IMG/VR virus record: IMGVR_UViG_2563366819_000005
DNA from: a virus
Taxonomy: Duplodnaviria; Heunggongvirae; Uroviricota; Caudoviricetes
Length of the DNA stretch: 40,880 nucleotides
Strand: one strand, 5' to 3'
Shown here: piece after piece, positions 38,984-40,880 of the stretch
Position numbering within the stretch: position 1 is the first letter of the stretch
Layout: every line of letters begins with the position of its first letter
Translations under genes and position numbers: made by a program
The notes under the pieces: model-generated
The model's input: the letters and a program-made list of their open reading frames with translations, nothing else
Database searches by the model: none
Told to the model about the DNA's origin: nothing

Positions 38984-39727
38984 ATGACACAGACAGAATC
39001 AGCGATTCTGGCGCACGCCCGGCGATGTGCGCCAGCGGAGTCGTGCGGCTTCGTGGTGAGAGCGCCGGAGGGGGAAAGATATTTTCCCTGCGTGAATATT
39101 TCCGGTGAGCCGGAGGATTATTTCCGGATGGCTCCAGAGGACTGGCTGCAGGCAGAAATGCAGGGTGAGATTGTGGCGCTGGTCCACAGCCACCCCGGTG
39201 GTCTGCCCTGGCTGAGTGAGGCCGACCGGCGGCTGCAGGTGCAGAGTGATTTGCCGTGGTGGCTGGTCTGCCGGGGGACGATTCATAAGTTCCGCTGTGT
39301 GCCGCATCTCACCGGGCGGCGCTTTGAGCACGGGGTGACGGACTGTTACACGCTGTTCCGGGATGCTTATCATCTGGCGGGGATTGAGATGCCGGATTTT
39401 CATCGCGAGGATGACTGGTGGCGTCACGGTCAGAATCTCTATCTGGATAATCTGGAGGCCACAGGGCTGTATCAGGTGCCGTTGTCATCAGCACAACCGG
39501 GCGATGTGCTGCTGTGCTGTTTTGGTTCATCGGTGCCGAATCATGCCGCCATTTACTGTGGTGATGGCGAGCTGCTGCACCATATTCCTGAACAACTGAG
39601 CAAACGAGAGAGGTATACCGACAAATGGCAGCGACGCACACACTCCCTCTGGCGTCACCGGGCATGGCGCGCATCTGCCTTTACGGGGATTTGCAACGAT
39701 TTGGCCGCCGCATCGACCTTCGTGTGA
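38984..39727 (+). CDS. Tail assembly protein K (lambda gpK-like; JAB/MPN plus NlpC/P60)
   Basis: MTQTESAILAHARRCAPAESCGFVV... with HSHPGG (JAB) and a Cys/His peptidase region. The 3' end is uncertain because it overlaps I. Confidence 0.8.
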   Translation: MTQTESAILAHARRCAPAESCGFVVRAPEGERYFPCVNISGEPEDYFRMAPEDWLQAEMQGEIVALVHSHPGGLPWLSEADRRLQVQSDLPWWLVCRGTIHKFRCVPHLTGRRFEHGVTDCYTLFRDAYHLAGIEMPDFHREDDWWRHGQNLYLDNLEATGLYQVPLSSAQPGDVLLCCFGSSVPNHAAIYCGDGELLHHIPEQLSKRERYTDKWQRRTHSLWRHRAWRASAFTGICNDLAAASTFV

Positions 39728-40272
39728 AAACGGGGGCCGAAGCCATCCGGGCGCTGGCCACACAGCTCCCGGCGTTTCGTCAGAAACTGAATGAGGGCTG
39801 GTATCAGGTGCGCATTGTCGGGCGTGATGCAGGAGAAAATGAATTATCTGCCCGTCTTAATGAGCCGCTGGCAAATGGTGCCGTGATCCACATTGTGCCG
39901 CGTCTGGCGGGAGCTAAAAGTGGCGGTGTTTTTCAGGCAGTGCTGGGTGCGGCGCTGATTGCGGTGGCATGGTGGAACCCTGTGGGCTGGCTGGGTGCCG
40001 CGGCTGTATCGGGCATGTATGCGGCAGGGGCCAGTATGATCCTGGGCGGTGTGGCGCAGATGCTGGCACCGAAAGCCAGAACTCCCCGCACACAGACAAC
40101 GGATAACGGTAAGCAGAACACCTATTTCTCCTCACTGGATAACATGGTTGCCCAGGGCAATGTTCTGCCGGTTCTGTACGGTGAAATGCGCGTGGGGTCA
40201 CGGGTGATTTCTCAGGAGATCAGCACGGCAGATGAAGGAGATGGTGGTCAGGTTGTGGTGATTGGTCGCTGA
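39625..40272 (+). CDS. Tail assembly protein I (lambda gpI-like)
   Basis: MAATHTLPLASPGMARICLYGDLQRFGRRIDLRVKTGAEAIRALATQLPAFRQKL... and C-terminus ...SQEISTADEGDGGQVVVIGR. Confidence 0.85.
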   Translation: MAATHTLPLASPGMARICLYGDLQRFGRRIDLRVKTGAEAIRALATQLPAFRQKLNEGWYQVRIVGRDAGENELSARLNEPLANGAVIHIVPRLAGAKSGGVFQAVLGAALIAVAWWNPVGWLGAAAVSGMYAAGASMILGGVAQMLAPKARTPRTQTTDNGKQNTYFSSLDNMVAQGNVLPVLYGEMRVGSRVISQEISTADEGDGGQVVVIGR

Positions 40273-40291
40273 TGCAGAATGTTTTGTGTGA

Positions 40292-40313
40292 AACCGCCTG
40301 CGGGCGGTTTTGT
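40292..40313 (+). terminator. Hairpin AACCGCC-TGCG-GGCGGTT followed by T-rich sequence, between I and the J remnant
   Basis: Perfect 7-bp GC-rich stem followed by TTGTCGTTTAT. Confidence 0.35.
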
Positions 40314-40332
40314 CGTTTATGGAGCGTGAGGA

Positions 40333-40377
40333 ATGGGTAAAGGCAGCAGTAAGGGAGATTTAGGGTGTCACCAGTAG
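40333..40377 (+). pseudogene. 5' remnant of tail tip/fibre gene J (MGKGSSKG...), truncated after about 8 codons
   Basis: ATGGGTAAAGGCAGCAGTAAGGG encodes MGKGSSKG, as at the start of lambda J. The frame then diverges and stops after 14 codons. No J-sized ORF follows. Confidence 0.7.
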
Positions 40378-40439
40378 GGGCTTTCAACGGTACAATGCGG
40401 GTTTGAGCGGCATAAATTACCACTGAAAGCCCTTAAACG

Positions 40440-40880
40440 TTACTCTACTGTGGACACTGTGTGGACACTCTCGGCCTCAGTACCACCTCTTAGCGGATTA
40501 AGAGAAATGGCGTCCTGAAGGTACTCTGGCGCAAAATGAGCGTAAACCATAGTTTGCTCAATCCGCGTGTGACCTAGTATCCGTTGTAGCGTGATAATAC
40601 TTCCTCCATTAATCATGAAATGAGTGGCAAAGCTGTGCCTTAGTGCATGTGTGGCTTGCCCCATTGGCAAATCCGGTTTTATTGCTTTCATTGTTCGTCT
40701 GAAGCGAGGGTAATCAGCATCAGGGAATAAAAAACCTCGTTTGTTATCCGCGATCATTTTGGCAACAGCCTCTGAGATCGGGACGGTGCGTGGTTTGTTT
40801 GTTTTCGTTTTAACAAACGTGACGCGGTTATGGATGATATTTTCTGCTTTCAAACGAGCTGCTTCTCCCCAACGTGCTCC
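40440..40880 (-). CDS. P2-type tyrosine integrase, 3' portion (N-terminus lies beyond the window edge)
   Basis: C-terminal catalytic region HALRHSFATHFMINGGSIITLQRILGHTRIEQTMVYAHFAPEYLQDAISLNPL resembles P2 Int. The reading frame is open to position 40880. Confidence 0.85.
   Translation of the reverse strand, partial: GARWGEAARLKAENIIHNRVTFVKTKTNKPRTVPISEAVAKMIADNKRGFLFPDADYPRFRRTMKAIKPDLPMGQATHALRHSFATHFMINGGSIITLQRILGHTRIEQTMVYAHFAPEYLQDAISLNPLRGGTEAESVHTVSTVE

Larger units (their letters stand above)
1..40360. mobile_element. Rac-type lambdoid prophage (integrase end to truncated tail gene J); left att site lies outside the window
   Basis: Contiguous phage modules in canonical order: int/xis, recET early region, immunity, replication, nin/Q, lysis, packaging, head, lambda-like tail. 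Many proteins match my memory of K-12 Rac proteins. Confidence 0.8.

Noticed and set aside
1-40880. CRISPR arrays, rRNA genes and IS elements
   Set aside because: No regularly spaced direct repeats with unique spacers, no rRNA-like sequence and no transposase ORF with terminal inverted repeats were seen.
1-40880. The window being the E. coli K-12 Rac prophage itself
   Set aside because: Many proteins match my memory of K-12 Rac, but this window has extra genes (the ATPase/MTase cassette, hok-like ORF, nin/Q genes, a complete morphogenesis module). It also lacks the IS5-interrupted lom/stf/tfa/pin region I recall for K-12, so it is a related but distinct prophage.

Overview
The window is almost entirely one lambdoid, Rac-type prophage of an E. 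coli-like enterobacterium, read from its integrase end. All calls are from reading the six-frame translations and the DNA by eye, with gene names recalled from memory of E. coli K-12 Rac, DLP12, Qin and phage lambda; no searches or computations were run. Order: intR/xis; the minus-strand early operon lar(ralR)-recT-recE-racC-ydaE-kilR; sieB, ydaF, ydaG; an immunity region with a racR-like repressor flanked by GTAC-core operator clusters plus ydaS-ydaT; replication genes ydaU (with iteron-like palindromes) and ydaV; nin-like genes and a Q-like antiterminator with a tR'-like terminator; two paralogous lipoprotein morons; an S21/R21/Rz/Rz1 lysis cassette; trkG; a ParB-like gene; terminase, head and lambda-like tail genes through I. 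The most interesting region is an AT-rich cargo cassette (11.8-14.7 kb, minus strand) inserted between the replication and nin-like modules: a 609-aa OLD-like ABC-ATPase with a putative TOPRIM domain, followed by a C5 cytosine methyltransferase. I do not recognise this pairing as a named defence system. Next to it sits an orphan hokD-like toxin ORF. At the right end, tail gene J is cut off after about 8 codons at a sequence resembling the phage P2 att core, followed by a P2-type integrase running off the window, which suggests a second element nested in the prophage.
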